DNA of 64,000 bases, taken from NCBI RefSeq assembly GCF_032191835.1, contig NC_083232.1, positions 69,750,001-69,814,000 of the forward strand, in the 5' to 3' direction. Position 1 is the first letter of the stretch. Every line of letters starts with the position of its first letter. The notes beneath the pieces are model-generated. The model had not been told where the DNA came from and searched no databases. It was given only the letters and a program-made list of their open reading frames with translations. A program made the position numbers and the translations under genes. The stretch is from Heteronotia binoei. Lineage: Eukaryota. Positions 1 to 11,690 of the stretch are shown piece after piece.

Positions 1-5
1 GATAG
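1..5 (-). CDS. ENTPD3: Start of next ENTPD3 coding exon (runs off the window)
   Basis: Minus-strand polypyrimidine tract ccctttttcatttttccatctgcag|CTATC, with acceptor AG at 7-6. Phase-1 join gives G|CT ATC (A-I). Only 5 nt are visible. Confidence 0.55.
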
Positions 6-466
6 CTGCAGATGGAAAAATGAAAAAGGGTACTCCTGGAAGACTTCGCAAAGGGAACAGGGCCAGACTCGACGGTATGCAGAGCCGAAGTTGCCTGGGC
101 TTCCACTTCATGGGAACCAGCCAACAACAGCATTTCAGAAACGAGAGGCGTGTTGACAAAATCTCAATCTGTAGCTGAATTTCCCTATTGGAACAGCTGC
201 CTTCTGGAGCAAGGAATAAAATAAATACAACCAATTCTCAAGTACAAATTCATTTATGTATGCAGGACCACACAAGACCATTTGTTTCCAAAAGCTTACT
301 AAAGAATTGCTAAAAATGAAGTTGGCTCAGCAGCTACTCATTTTCGATTATCAAAACATGTACAGAGCAAGCCATGTTAATATACATCTCCATTGTACAT
401 ACATATAAAAATGTATCACACATACATCTTGATTTGTTGCCATGCCAGCCTGTTGAAAGTACTAAC

Positions 467-506
467 CTGTTTGTTCACAGGGTTGGCGGGACAGGGCCGT
501 AAACAT
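467..506 (-). CDS. ENTPD3: ENTPD3 (NTPDase3) first coding exon, 40 nt CDS within a 53-nt exon (467-519)
   Basis: Minus strand reads ...gtgtag|TTTGAACAAGGAG ATG TTT ACG GCC CTG TCC CGC CAA CCC TGT GAA CAA ACA G|gttagt = MFTALSRQPCEQT. This matches the human ENTPD3 start MFTVLTRQPCEQA, with the same phase-1 exon end as recalled. Canonical AG and GT sites. Confidence 0.88.
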
Positions 507-2979
507 CTCCTTGTTCAAACTACACAGTAGGAGAAATACACATTCAGCATCAGACTAGTTGAGGAAAACAATATGACAGTCACAATGAAATGGTTTCAGA
601 CCATCAAGTATTCTTTACCCTGTAAAGAAAAAGCTCAGGACAAAAACCTTTTTCCAGAGAAGGGAAGAAGGCTTTTTGAAATTCAAGATTTGGAAAAAGA
701 ACACATGAACACACAAAGCTGTCTTTGTGTGTTACTGAGTTAAATGATTGGTCCATCAAGGTCTACTTGGATGGGGAGCAACTCGCTTGGGTCTCAAATA
801 GATCTTTCACATCACATACTATCTTTAACTGAAGATGCCAGGGACTGAACCAGAAAGGCATAGCTGTTGAACTGTCCAGACCACAGGGCAGAGGGATCCA
901 ATTCTCAGCCAGCAGAGACACAGGGCACAGCAAGAGGAGAACTTCCTTAAAGATCACAACAAAACAGGAGTCCAGGAGCACCTTAAAGCCTGATTTCCAG
1001 ACTGCAGTTTTATTTTGCTGTTACAGGTTAACGCAGCTGCCCATCTGGAACAACAGATCAAAGCAACCCCCTCCAACAACAAAGGGCCAATTACATTTTG
1101 TACTCAGATATGGATGGATGGGTACAAAATGCATGCTGTGTTCATCAGCTGGGACATTCACATACAATCCAATTTGTGCTCTTTAGGAAGACTCCCATGT
1201 GGGGGGCAGGAGGGTCCAATCACCACTTCCTTATATTTAAAGATACAGATTTAGTACAGGCATGCCTTTCAGACTTGGTAAGAGATCCACATGTTCTGTA
1301 CCTAAGGTACTTCAGAACAAAATGTGAAGTGGGAATTAGCCCTCATTTGCCTGAGGCAGAATAAGGAGGAAAGCAGGGGCAATTGGGCTGCAGCAGGTGA
1401 ATTCCACAGCTTACTGTGTGGGTAAACAGGACAGAAGAAACAGAGAGATGCTTATGTTGGATGTCTGTGTGTGTGTTCACAGGTCTGGCAATTGTCTATA
1501 CAGAAACTAATTGCATTGTCCAAGTTTGTGTGTAGCAAAGACAACTGTCAGATCCTGGTGGTGGTGGTGGCAAATGCCATGAAGACACAGATGACTTATG
1601 GCACCCCGTGGGGTTTTCAAGGCAAGAGATGGTTTGCAATTGCCTGGTTCCATGTCATGACCCTGGTATTCCTCAAAGATGTCCCATCCAAATACTAGCC
1701 AGGGCTGACCCCGCTTAGCTTCTGAGACTGAGCTAGCCAGGGGTCTCTAGGACAGGGCTCTCAGATCCTAATTGGGCATATGATGGGAGCCCACTAGATG
1801 AGAGAGAGAGCATGTGAAAGGGAGAAGCATGTCCAGAAATGTCCATGCCTATCTGAAACAGAAAGCTTTGCATATATATATATGTGTGTGTGTGTGTGAA
1901 TTTACATAGAAAAGCATCTGTGTTGTGTTTGTGTGAGAAAAAGCACATGAGTATGCATCACATTCTACATCAGGGGTGTTCCGAGGGCTGGCCAGAAAGA
2001 ATGGCTGCAGGGCCTTGAAAAGTTACTGTCACAGTTCAGTTTGCACTTGATTATCCCAGATGGTGTGGCCTAATATGCTAATGAGTGTGTGACCTAATAT
2101 GCTAATATTAGGGGATGTGGTCATAAGAACATAAGAGAAGCCATGTTAGATCAGGCCAATGGCCCATCCAGTCCAACATTCTGGTCTAATATGCTACTGA
2201 GTTCCTGCTGGGCTTTTCCTACAAAAAAGCCCTGGATCCATGCATTTGTCTAGGGCGGTGGGCCGCGTGTGTGTGTGTGCGCGCAACAGATTAGGCTCTT
2301 CCCACATGACTTCAAATAGAAAAACAATTATTTGCATTAATTTGGCTGGCCTGAATCATTCTCCCTCGGTGGAGCACTGTTTTTTAAGTTGATAGTTTTT
2401 ATGGCCCGCGAATGATGTTATAAATATCCATATGGCCCTTGGCAGAAAAAAGGTTCCCCACCCCTGTTCTATATGAACACCCCACGAGAGGAGAGGTCCA
2501 TGTATTTTGTACCCAGAGATTGTGGCCACAGTTTGAGGCAGACCACAGTTGGCCAATAGACCTTGAACACCTTTTTAGATGGTAAAGGCAGCACCAGCCC
2601 TGGATTTTCCTAAACAGGTGGCTCAGCATGAGTGCCTGTACACACACACTCTCTCTCTCTTTGGGAACTTCCATTCAAATGAATTAATATCAGTACTGCT
2701 GTACACACTCTCCGACTTCCATTATTTTAAAAGTGTAGCGTGCAGCGGAAAGCATTTGAATGAAGATGTGGTCTGTCTGAATAAAGAACTCCTAAAAACA
2801 AAAGCAATAAGTTAAAAAGTTTCGAGGTCAGTCCAAGTCCTGGCTGAGTACGCCCTAAATACCTTCATATTGTTCACAGGTTATCTCTTTTATAAATACG
2901 TATTGCCGACACACCGCTTTAGCGGGTGGGTTTTTGTCTCTGCCCATTGCTCTCTGTCTGTCCATCATTTCCGATCATT

Positions 2980-3900
2980 GCTTCTCTCTCTCTAAATGTC
3001 ACCCACGCAGGAATTCCTCGAACCCCCCCCCCGCCCCCGTGTGAGTGTAGGCGCCACTACCCCGCGCATGCAGCCCCGGGCCCTGTCCCCCCACCCTCCC
3101 CGCCGCAGTCTCTCTGCTCAGTCGCCCCCCAGAGTCCCTCCTTGCCCCTTGAAGACCAACGGCGTAGCGCGACCCCCACCCCTCCATCCTGCAACAATGC
3201 ACCAGAGACCCCCCCTCCCCCATTAATGGCTCCCGCAGCATTCGGCAAGGAGACCAGCAAGGCTCTTCCACCGCACACCTCTCACGACCCAAAGGCACCG
3301 AAGGAAACACGCAACCCGACCGCCCCCCCCCTTCCCCCGTACCTCTTCTCTTCCGCAGCAGCAGCGGGGTCCAGCAGGGATGTGGGGCGGCCGTCCCCTC
3401 CGGTCAGGCTTCCCAGGCGAGGAGCGCCTCTAGCTTCTGCTGCGACCCTGCGTCAAGGGGGAAGGGGGCCGCTGCTGCCGCTGCTCCGGCCGGGGCTCCA
3501 TCCTCGTCGTCAAGGCAGGAATGCCGCGGCGTGCGGGAGGGAGGGGGCGCGCGAGAGAGAGAGGCAGGCAGGCGGCCCCTTGGCGGGAGCAGCACCTTTC
3601 CTTTCCCAGGGCTGCCCTCTCGCCGGCTATAAACCCGCCCGGGGCTGCTGCCGCTGGCCCCTCCCTCCCGCCTTCCCCGCCGCGCTGCTGCAGGCCGCCG
3701 AGCCGAGGGGGATGGGGCCGGGCAGCCAGAGGGAAAGGAGTCCCGCCCCCCCTCCGCAAGTGCACCGGCCAGCCGCCTCTCCGGAGCCTGCTCCACCAAG
3801 GCAAGGTTTGCAGGCCTTAGCAGAGAGAGACGCTGTGGAGGTCAGCTGCGGGGGAAGTGGCCTCTGAGGCGGGAGATTAATTCCCAATCAGGTTCTCCCT
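2980..3900. promoter_or_regulatory. CpG island / ENTPD3 promoter
   Basis: Very high GC and CpG density versus the CpG-depleted flanks, with GC boxes (cccgccc). TATAAA at 3628-3633 on the plus strand. Confidence 0.85.
3343..3600 (-). other. ENTPD3: Probable non-coding exon 1 of ENTPD3 (5' boundary approximate)
   Basis: Donor-like GAAGAG|gtacgg at 3343/3342 at the edge of the CpG island, 2.8 kb upstream of the first coding exon. Human ENTPD3 also starts with a non-coding CpG-island exon. Confidence 0.6.
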
Positions 3901-5605
3901 TCCCTTGTTTTAGCCTTACAACAGCCCTGTGAGGTAGGTTAAGCTGTGAGAGAATGGATCACTAGGGGTCCCCCAGGTCACAGAAGAGATCTGAATGGAT
4001 TTCTTCCTGGTTCTTCCTTGGCCCGTACAGGCTGCCTTTGCTTCTGTGGCATAGGTGGTTCTCCTTTCGTTTTATTCTCACAACAGTCCTGAGAGGTAGG
4101 TTAGGTTGAGAGAGGTTGACTGGCCCAAGATTACACAGTAAGTGACATTTTCCTGACACTAGCATCCATTTGTCTGAGAACTGATACAGCCTTGAAAAGA
4201 GGACCATATGGACTGGACTGGACTCCTGGGGTGGGTAGATCTCCACATGGGAAAGTGACCGCCTCAAAGTTTCCTTGCATGCAGAAAGCCAATTGGAAGG
4301 CAAATATGTTTATTATTTAATATACTAAACCAATATTTATTATATAATGCTGGTCCTTGAGGTATTTTTGTATTAAAACCATTGTTAAAAGTTTTAAACC
4401 ATCATTGAAATCTAGCAGATAAACAAAAAACCATGATTACCCATCTCACCTCAAAGCCGTTAGGAATTAAAAATTAAAAAAAAAGATTTGACCAGCTTTC
4501 TAAATGTGAGAGGTGGGTGTAGCAGGCCTGCCTTCTCAGAAAGGAATTCCAGGCGAGGACACTGCTGGGAAAGTAGTGCTCCATTCTGGCATCTAGTGCC
4601 ACCCAGACAAGGGCTTCAGTGAATCAACATAGGAAAGTGCTGGGGCTATAACGTTCAAAACCAGCAACTTGAATGGTGCCTAGAAACTAACGGATAACCA
4701 GTACATTTAAAACTGGAGAGCTCACTCCACTGACTGGTTACATGTTAGCTTACCCCATGCCCAGAATGCCTTGCAGCTAGACTCAAAATCTGTATATGTA
4801 CAGAATGTCTTTCAGGGCACTTTCAAACAAGCAATCCCAGTACCAGGAATGTGGAGCCAATATAGCCTGACAGTGCAAACTGTAGCAGCTCATTTTAATT
4901 GTCTGCTGCTTCACCATTCTGCAATGCCCAGCAATTGCTGTCTCCATTCTTTCCCTGGCTTCTGCCAATTGGCTCTTTATTCATCACACCATTCATCTTG
5001 GTCCATCGTCCCTGATAAGTCTGCATGCTTCTTAAAGCTCTGCAGACCATGTCCATTTCCTTGTCTTTCTCCAGGCTGTTTCTCCTTCACAGACCTGGCA
5101 AGAATATTTACCATATTGTAAATTTTCTAAGTTAATTCATATCAGTAGTCAGCAACTGGAGGCCTGCATGCCAAATCTTGGCTAGAGACAAGTGCCAGCT
5201 GGTCAAATCTTATATCACTCATCCATTCCTTTCTATCTCCTGTCCTTCCTCTTCCAGCCACAGCCTTTTTCAGGAGCCAGAAAGAGGTGATTCTGATGCA
5301 GTACATAGGCATGCAGGGTCCTCAGTCTCCTATAATGGTTAGCACAGAAGTCCCCAGCATGATTCCTATGGGCACCAAGATGCCCATCAACACCTTTCTT
5401 GTGCCTGCCAGGTGCTATTAGAAAGCAGGCAGGGCTAAGTGGGGCTTTTGACCAGCAGGGCTTCTGATTGGCTGTTAAAAAGGCATCCTGTTAAACAAGA
5501 GTTTCCACCTGAATTGCTGAAGAGTTACTATTAGAGCTACGTATATATAACCTTGATCCCTGACAATTTATGGTTGGCTCCACTTCCTGATTTGTTCCTT
5601 AACAG

Positions 5606-6012
5606 GACCAGTTTAGTGTAGTGGTTAAGAGCAGTGGACTCTAAACTGGGTTTAATTCCCTAACTTCAGGGGTGGCCAACAGTAGCTCTCCAGGTGTTTT
5701 TTGCCTACAACTCCCATCAGCCCCAGCCAGCATGGCCAATGGCTGAGGCTGAGGGGAGTTGTAGGCAAAAAACACCTGGAGAGCTACCGTTGACCACCCC
5801 TGCCCTACTTCTACACATGCAGCCAGCTGGTGACCTTGGGCCAGCCACAGTTCTCTCAGAGCTGTTCTCAAATCAGCTGTCCTTAAAAGAGCTTTCTCAG
5901 CCCCAGCTACCTCACAGGGTGTCTGTTGTGAGGAGGAGAAGGGAAAGGAAACTGCAAGATGCTCTGGACTCCCAAGAGAAGGGTGAGATATAAATCCAGT
6001 CTCTTTTTCTGC
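5606..6012 (+). mobile_element. Squam3-type tRNA-derived SINE interrupted by a hAT MITE
   Basis: Head gaccagtttagtgtagtggttaagagc. Body ctacctcacagggtgtctgttgtg. Tail gagatataaatccagtctcttttt. Confidence 0.75.
5667..5802. mobile_element. Palindromic hAT-type MITE nested in the SINE
   Basis: TIRs caggggtggccaac / gttgaccacccctg, internal inverted arms, and imperfect 8-bp flanks cctaactt / ccctactt. Confidence 0.75.
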
Positions 6013-6140
6013 AGCTCCCATTTTGTGACTGGCTGTGCCCACTGAAGCAGCCCCGCCCCCTGTATCAGAATTCCCGATGTGCCTGCAGGTTCCATAAGGT
6101 TGGGGACCTCTGGGTTTGTGCATCAGACTAGGATGTAGGA

Positions 6141-6490
6141 CAGGGATCCCCAATCCCCAGGCCGTGGACAGGTTCAGGTCAGTGGCCTGTCAGCAGCCAG
6201 AGTTAGCCAGAGACACCACACTGCCCCTTTCGCCCATCCAGGTCCCAGGCGAATGAAAGAGGCAGCAGCGCCTCACTCTGAAGCACTACCTCTTTCATTC
6301 ACCTGGGTCCCAGGTGGGCGGAAGGGGCAGTGTGGCAGTGACCTTTGCCTATGCCTCATTTAAAGACCCCCATGGGAGGCAGGGATGGAGGCACCCTGGG
6401 GCAGCAAAAACCCGAGTACCCCCACCAGTCCATGGAAAAATTGTCTTCCACAAAACTGGTCCCTGGTGCTAAAAAGGTTGGAGGCCACTG
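6141..6490 (+). mobile_element. Non-autonomous hAT-Charlie element with MER1/Charlie3/OC1-like ends
   Basis: Left end cagggatccccaatccccaggccgtggac, right end ccatggaaaaattgtcttccacaaaactggtccctggtgctaaaaaggttggaggccactg. TSD atgtagga / atctagga (7/8, NTCTAGAN-like). Confidence 0.8.
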
Positions 6491-9400
6491 ATCTAGGAGA
6501 CCCAGGTTCAAAATCCCCACTGGGCTGTGAAGCACACTGCATGACCTGACTTTGAACAGCTCCCTCTCTCTCACTCTAACCTACCTCACAGAGTTGTTGT
6601 AAGGATAAAATGGAGGGGGGGGAGCACCAGCCTGAGCTCTTTTTGAAGAAAGGCAGGCTAAAAAGGTATCTAATAAATGAAGTTTGCATCATTCCTGGAT
6701 TGTCCAACAATAATAGAGTGTGTTCACAGGCCATTCACGTTCTCCTGCCTTCCACTGTATTGATGAAGAGGGGCAGAAAAAAGAGGAATGCCTCCGTGTG
6801 TACTGTGAACACAGGTGCATGGGAGAGCAGGAAGTGAAGGAGCACTTGAGGAGGAAACACAGATAGAAAGACTCTGCCTATTGCTGGCCAATTCGTGGTG
6901 CAAAACTAGGCAGACTTTCCTCAGTTAATTTAGATTGCAGTAACTCCATAGGATTGTACTGAAAATTGCCATTGCCTGTTAGGGAATAATTTATCTGTGT
7001 GTTCAAAGCAAAACCTCTGTTTGGATCAGGCAGGCACAGGCTGATGGGAAGCAAACCCTCAGCAGTTCTTACCCAAGTCAGAGCCAATTCCTTAAATGAA
7101 TAATCTCTCAGTCACCAACAGTCTTGCATGTTATTCCTTCTCCAACTCGTTCCACCCCTTTCTACCAGTCATTTCAGAACACCCACCTTTCTTCAGTTGA
7201 CTTCAGATGCTTGTTGTCAATCATCTTGACTGCAGTCACCTTTTTTTACCTCACAGTAGAAGGAAGTATATTTTTAAAGAGAAACAATTGCCCCCATACT
7301 TTGGATTTTAATGCCTAAAGGGGGAAAAAAACAATGCCTGGGTTTAATAACTTTTATTTCACACAGGCTTTTTCACCAAAATACAGCATCAGCATCTTGA
7401 AATATGCATAGAGATTACTGGAACACATGTTTGAAGGAAAGATCATACATTCTGAGGGGGGAAAAGTACCATTCACTTGGTGATGAATGCGATATGACTT
7501 GCCTTTTAGGGCACATCATGTGCAAGAAGAAAGAGGAATAAAGATCATCAGAGTCCAAGCTCTAGATCTGCCACGGTTGATAACTCAGCACCTTACAGTT
7601 TGTATATTGCAGACAAGGCTTTTTACGCTTGAGTTATTTCAGATAGCCCCAATTCAGCTCTAAAGAAAGCTGATCTGTAAATGGTATATATTATTTAAAT
7701 AGGTTTACTTACATTGAATCATTTATTCTTGCTTAAGAGGACAAGGACCTAGGAAATGAAGCCTCAGACCCTAACTAGTAGAAGCCTTTCTACATGCAGC
7801 TTCTGAAATTCACTAGGTATTGACTTCATAGTTTGCAGCCATAAAGACTATTAACCTGTGAGGCTACTGGGAAATGAACCTTAAGTTTCACAGAATGTTT
7901 GGTTACATCTATAGATCGCAGATCCTCAGGCTTGTGGAACTTCTGGGTACTTTTTACAGAACAGGTAATATCACAGCAAAATGGCTGCCCTGATGGTTGG
8001 GTCCTATCACAAAATATTGGGAGGTTCCATAAAAGTTTAAGTGGTTTCAAGCCAAACCTCCTCCTATGATGGCAGCAGCTGATTCTAAATGAATGTTACC
8101 TCCAGACACAAAGGCAATGTCTCCTGGGCTCTTCTGAAGCACCACCTACTCTGATTAAATGCAAAAAAGCTAAGATGTGCTCTTTGCCTTGGAGAAATGG
8201 TCCTTTGGAGAAGAAGCAAGTGGATGCCAGGAAATACATTGGTGAGCACCATGATGCAGATAGGCACCTCACTGGGAATTACTGCTGTACAAAGTACCAA
8301 GGTGGGTTTTTAAAAAATACTTGACTAGAATATTGCAATAATGTCCTCAGTCATATCAGGATTCATGTTATTTCACTCCCAGTTCTATAGCACTAGAGGA
8401 CGTGTGTACACTGTACTGTGCCCCAAGTAAGCCCCCCTTTTTGAAATTGTCATGGAGGCCCAGCTCTGCCAGGGACCAAAGTACATGGAGATGAGAGACT
8501 GTTGTTACCCTCCCCGCAGTTGTCCAGAGTCAATGGGTCAGTGAGGCTGACTACTAAAGGTATTACTGGACCTGAAGGTGCCTGGAAGTAACTAACAATT
8601 TCAAAATTATTTGAGTACTCTGAAATGAGATAATGGACCAATGCAGTTAAAAGCAGGGAATATGAATGTGTGAAGCTGCATTCGCATCTAAGTATTTGTC
8701 TACTCTGATTGGCATCAGCTCTCTCCAGGGTCTTCAGCTCAGAAGGGCTTTCCCCAAACCTGCTGCTTGACATCCTTTACATAGAAATCCTAGGGAACTG
8801 GAACCTGAGACCTGCTGCATGCAAACCCTGCTCTGCCACAGTTCCCTCACAATAGAAACCCACACAAATAGACCAAGCCACTGCTTTGCTCGGACAGTTT
8901 CCCAGCTGGAATGCATCCACACAGCCACTTTGGTGGCCCCAGTTGAGTAGAAAGGTGGGATGCAACAGTTGTAAATAAATAAATAAATATTGCCAGGGTT
9001 CAGGAGCTCCTCTGCCATCATATCCATCAAGCATGAGACAGCAAATGGTGTCCACCATTAAATGGCATACCTTTTGTCAGGATACAGTCCATCCCCTTGC
9101 GAAGGCAGCGGCATAACTCATGTCGATCTAAGCAAGCAGGAGAATCCAATGGCGCAGTCAAACTTCCATTGCTTTTTTGACCAGGCAGAAATTCAGCTGA
9201 GATGTTTTAAAAAAAACTGACGTCAAAAGCGAGATTCTTTGGGAGGGAATTTCTGGGATAATAACACCCCTCCTTCTTGTGCTCTATCATGATAATTGAC
9301 AAAATCACCACAATTCAATTTTTGGCAGGTTTTGTAAGCAGATGGCCCTCCCATTCCTAAAACACATTTCCTGCCTTTCCAGTTAATTACATGGCTTTCT

Positions 9401-9994
9401 ATCAAACTCTGACATTCTTTCATTGACAATTTCAGTGCTTCTGCTATTATTGGTCTTGTTGATGATAGAATAAATAGGCCACTATTGAAATATGCACAAT
9501 GCCTCTGATTTGTTTGGCTGCTTTTCCAGAAATAACAAGACAAGTTCACATTTGCTTGCTCTCCCCCACCCTTAATATCCCCAATGCTGAGATTGCCAGA
9601 GGCTTAAGATAGCCTGGTAATAAGTGGAACATGCAAATGGGAGGGAGCAGAAAGGCCGAGGGTGATGTTGATGCCTCAGGTTTAATGACTGCAAGATTGC
9701 AAATCAGATTCCACACAGACTCTGAAGAAAAATTACTGGCATTGTGTATTTCTTTAGATATTGGTACTCTACTTTTCATCCTCGTGGGCTCCAAAGTGGT
9801 TTTTCCTCCCATCAAGCACCTTGTCAGCTAGGTGGGTGGAGAGAGTGGCCGGACCAATTTTGCTCAGGGAACATCTTTGATAATGTGGTTGGGATTTAAA
9901 CCTGGGTCTCCGAGAGCTAGTCTAGCACTCATCATAGTAATGTTATTTTGTCTGAAAGAGCTCTTGTGCCTTTAATCTATTTTGGACCTGCAAA

Positions 9995-10290
9995 AATCAG
10001 CAGGGGAAACTGTTCTGGGGACATATCTTCATGCTGAGAAGAACTACTGAATTGGAAGTTGTTAACGCTATATAAGCTCCACTAACAACCCAACCCTCTC
10101 TATCTGGGGCAAGTGATGCTTTATATTCTTTGGTGCTTGGGAGGGACAACAGTGTGAGGGCTTCTAGTGTCCTGGCCCCACTGATGGACCTCCTGATGGC
10201 ACCTGGGTTTTTTGGCCATTGTGTGACACAGAGTGTTGGACTGGATGAGCCATTGACCTGATCCAACATGGCTTCTCTTATGTTCTTAAC
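9995..10290 (+). mobile_element. CR1 LINE 3' UTR fragment
   Basis: Ends ...gtgttggactggatgagccattgacctgatccaacatggcttctcttatgttctta, the typical squamate CR1 3' end. The same end recurs at ~49490-49612 (+) and ~2122-2185 (-). Confidence 0.75.
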
Positions 10291-11489
10291 CCCCAATGTC
10301 CCTTACCAATCCAGAAGGTACCAGTCTCCAGAAGGTATCCTTCATGCATCTACCATTTCTTTATTGCTTTTCTCAGAGCCACTGACTCTCCCCACCCGAG
10401 ACTTACATTTCTCATCTTTTTCACACTTGATTTTCTCTCCACTTATCAGCCCACCTCATTCTGATTTCAGCCAGTGATAAAAATGAAGAGAGGACTGGTG
10501 GAAGAAACTGGCAGGAAGCTAGTCCCAACGTCGATGTGGGGCAAGGCAGAGAAACTTGTGAATGATAAAACCCAGGTGCAGCTGAAGAAGCTGGGGCAGG
10601 AGTCTATCCTTATTTGTTAAGGAGGTCTGAGCCCAAAGTATGTTTTGTAAACTTCAGCTCAAAATAAATATGAATCCAGTGTTGAATCAGAATGAAGCTC
10701 TGCTTGAGAATGGAAATACGTCCTCTGCTGTCTGTCAGATGGCACATTCCCACAGTCATGAATCTGTAGTTGTCCCTTGTGGCCCATATGTTAGAACATT
10801 ATTTGAATTATTATGTGTTCTTGTAAAATAGTCTAGTCTTGCTTAGGGCAACTGTGTGTGTGTATATGACTTATTTCCTTAAATATGAACCCACACCCTT
10901 TATAATTCCCAGGATGCTTCACAGTAGTAATTTGTTTGCCCTCCCTTCCCAGCATGCTTTATAGTTGCCTCAAATTTAGATGTCCTTTCCTAGGACAGCC
11001 TTTGAAAACAACTTGTAGGATTCTCAGATGATACAAAAGGAGGAGGGCCCATCTACTGAGCAGGTCCAGTGGCTAATATTTCTGGATGGGCTAACGGGCC
11101 TTAAACAGCTTTAATATGAAGAGCAACTAATACATTGTGCACAGCAGTCTCAAAGCCTTATTCTTGTCATTGTAGAGCAAATGCACAAATTACCAGTTCT
11201 TTAAGACTATTAATATAAGGTAATGTTGCCAACCTCCAGGTGGTGGCTGGACATCTGCTGGGATTACACTTGATCTCTTACCAATCCAGAAGGTAAAAGA
11301 GATCAGCTCACCTGGAGAAAATGGCCACTTTGGAAGGTGGATTGTACAGCATTAAACTGCGCTGAAGTGCTTCCCCACACCAAGTCAGGCTCCACCCCCA
11401 AAATCTCCAGGTATTTCTCAACTTGGAGCTGGCAACTGTAACATAAGGGGAGGTCTCTCAATTATAACTTCTGTCATGATAGAATCTCT

Positions 11490-11690
11490 GACCTGGATGG
11501 TCCATGCTAACTCAATCCTGGCAGATCTTGGGAACTAAGCAGCCAGGGTCAATCCCAATTAGTATCTGGATGGAAGACCACCAAAAAAGTCCAGGGCCCA
11601 CGATGCAGAGGAAAGCAATGGCAAACCACCTCTGCTTGTCTCTTGTCTTGAAAACCTCATGAGGGGTCTCCATAAGATGCCAGAACTTGC
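11490..11690 (+). mobile_element. 5S rRNA-derived SINE (5S-Sauria-like)
   Basis: Degenerate 5S internal control region (agatcttgggaactaagcagccagggtc...tagtatctggatggaagaccacc) fused to a gcaatggcaaaccacctct...ccataag tail. Other copies at ~1557-1738(-), 12435-12628(-), 41400-41548(-), 52975-53105(+). Confidence 0.7.

Noticed and set aside
6-206. Apparent minus-strand exon with a ~67-codon open frame after tccttgctccag
   Set aside because: Unrecognisable peptide. The segment ends in the polypyrimidine tract and acceptor of the next ENTPD3 exon, so it is best read as intron.
3343-3800. GARS1 expected here from human synteny
   Set aside because: No GARS1-like peptide (LRLAVRQQ / GDLVRKLK) in any frame. 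The downstream exon is clearly ENTPD3-like.
2926-3867. 313-aa ORF and several overlapping ORFs on both strands
   Set aside because: Pro/Arg/Ala/Gly-rich translations of a stop-poor CpG island, with no recognisable domain.
8070-8301. Plus-strand open frame ending at a donor-like CAAG|GTGGGT
   Set aside because: No suitable acceptor or start, and no recognisable homology.
9223-9549. ORF with CQ..IE...W...C...CQKLNCG spacing reminiscent of an SRCR domain
   Set aside because: The second-half SRCR cysteines are missing, there are no convincing splice sites or partner exons, and the 3' end runs into repeat-like sequence. A Pfam SRCR HMM hit would reopen it.
11490-11600. 5S rRNA-like sequences (also 1650-1738, 12560-12628, 45790-46150, 52990-53050)
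   Set aside because: Degenerate, partial and fused to SINE tails, so not functional 5S rRNA genes.
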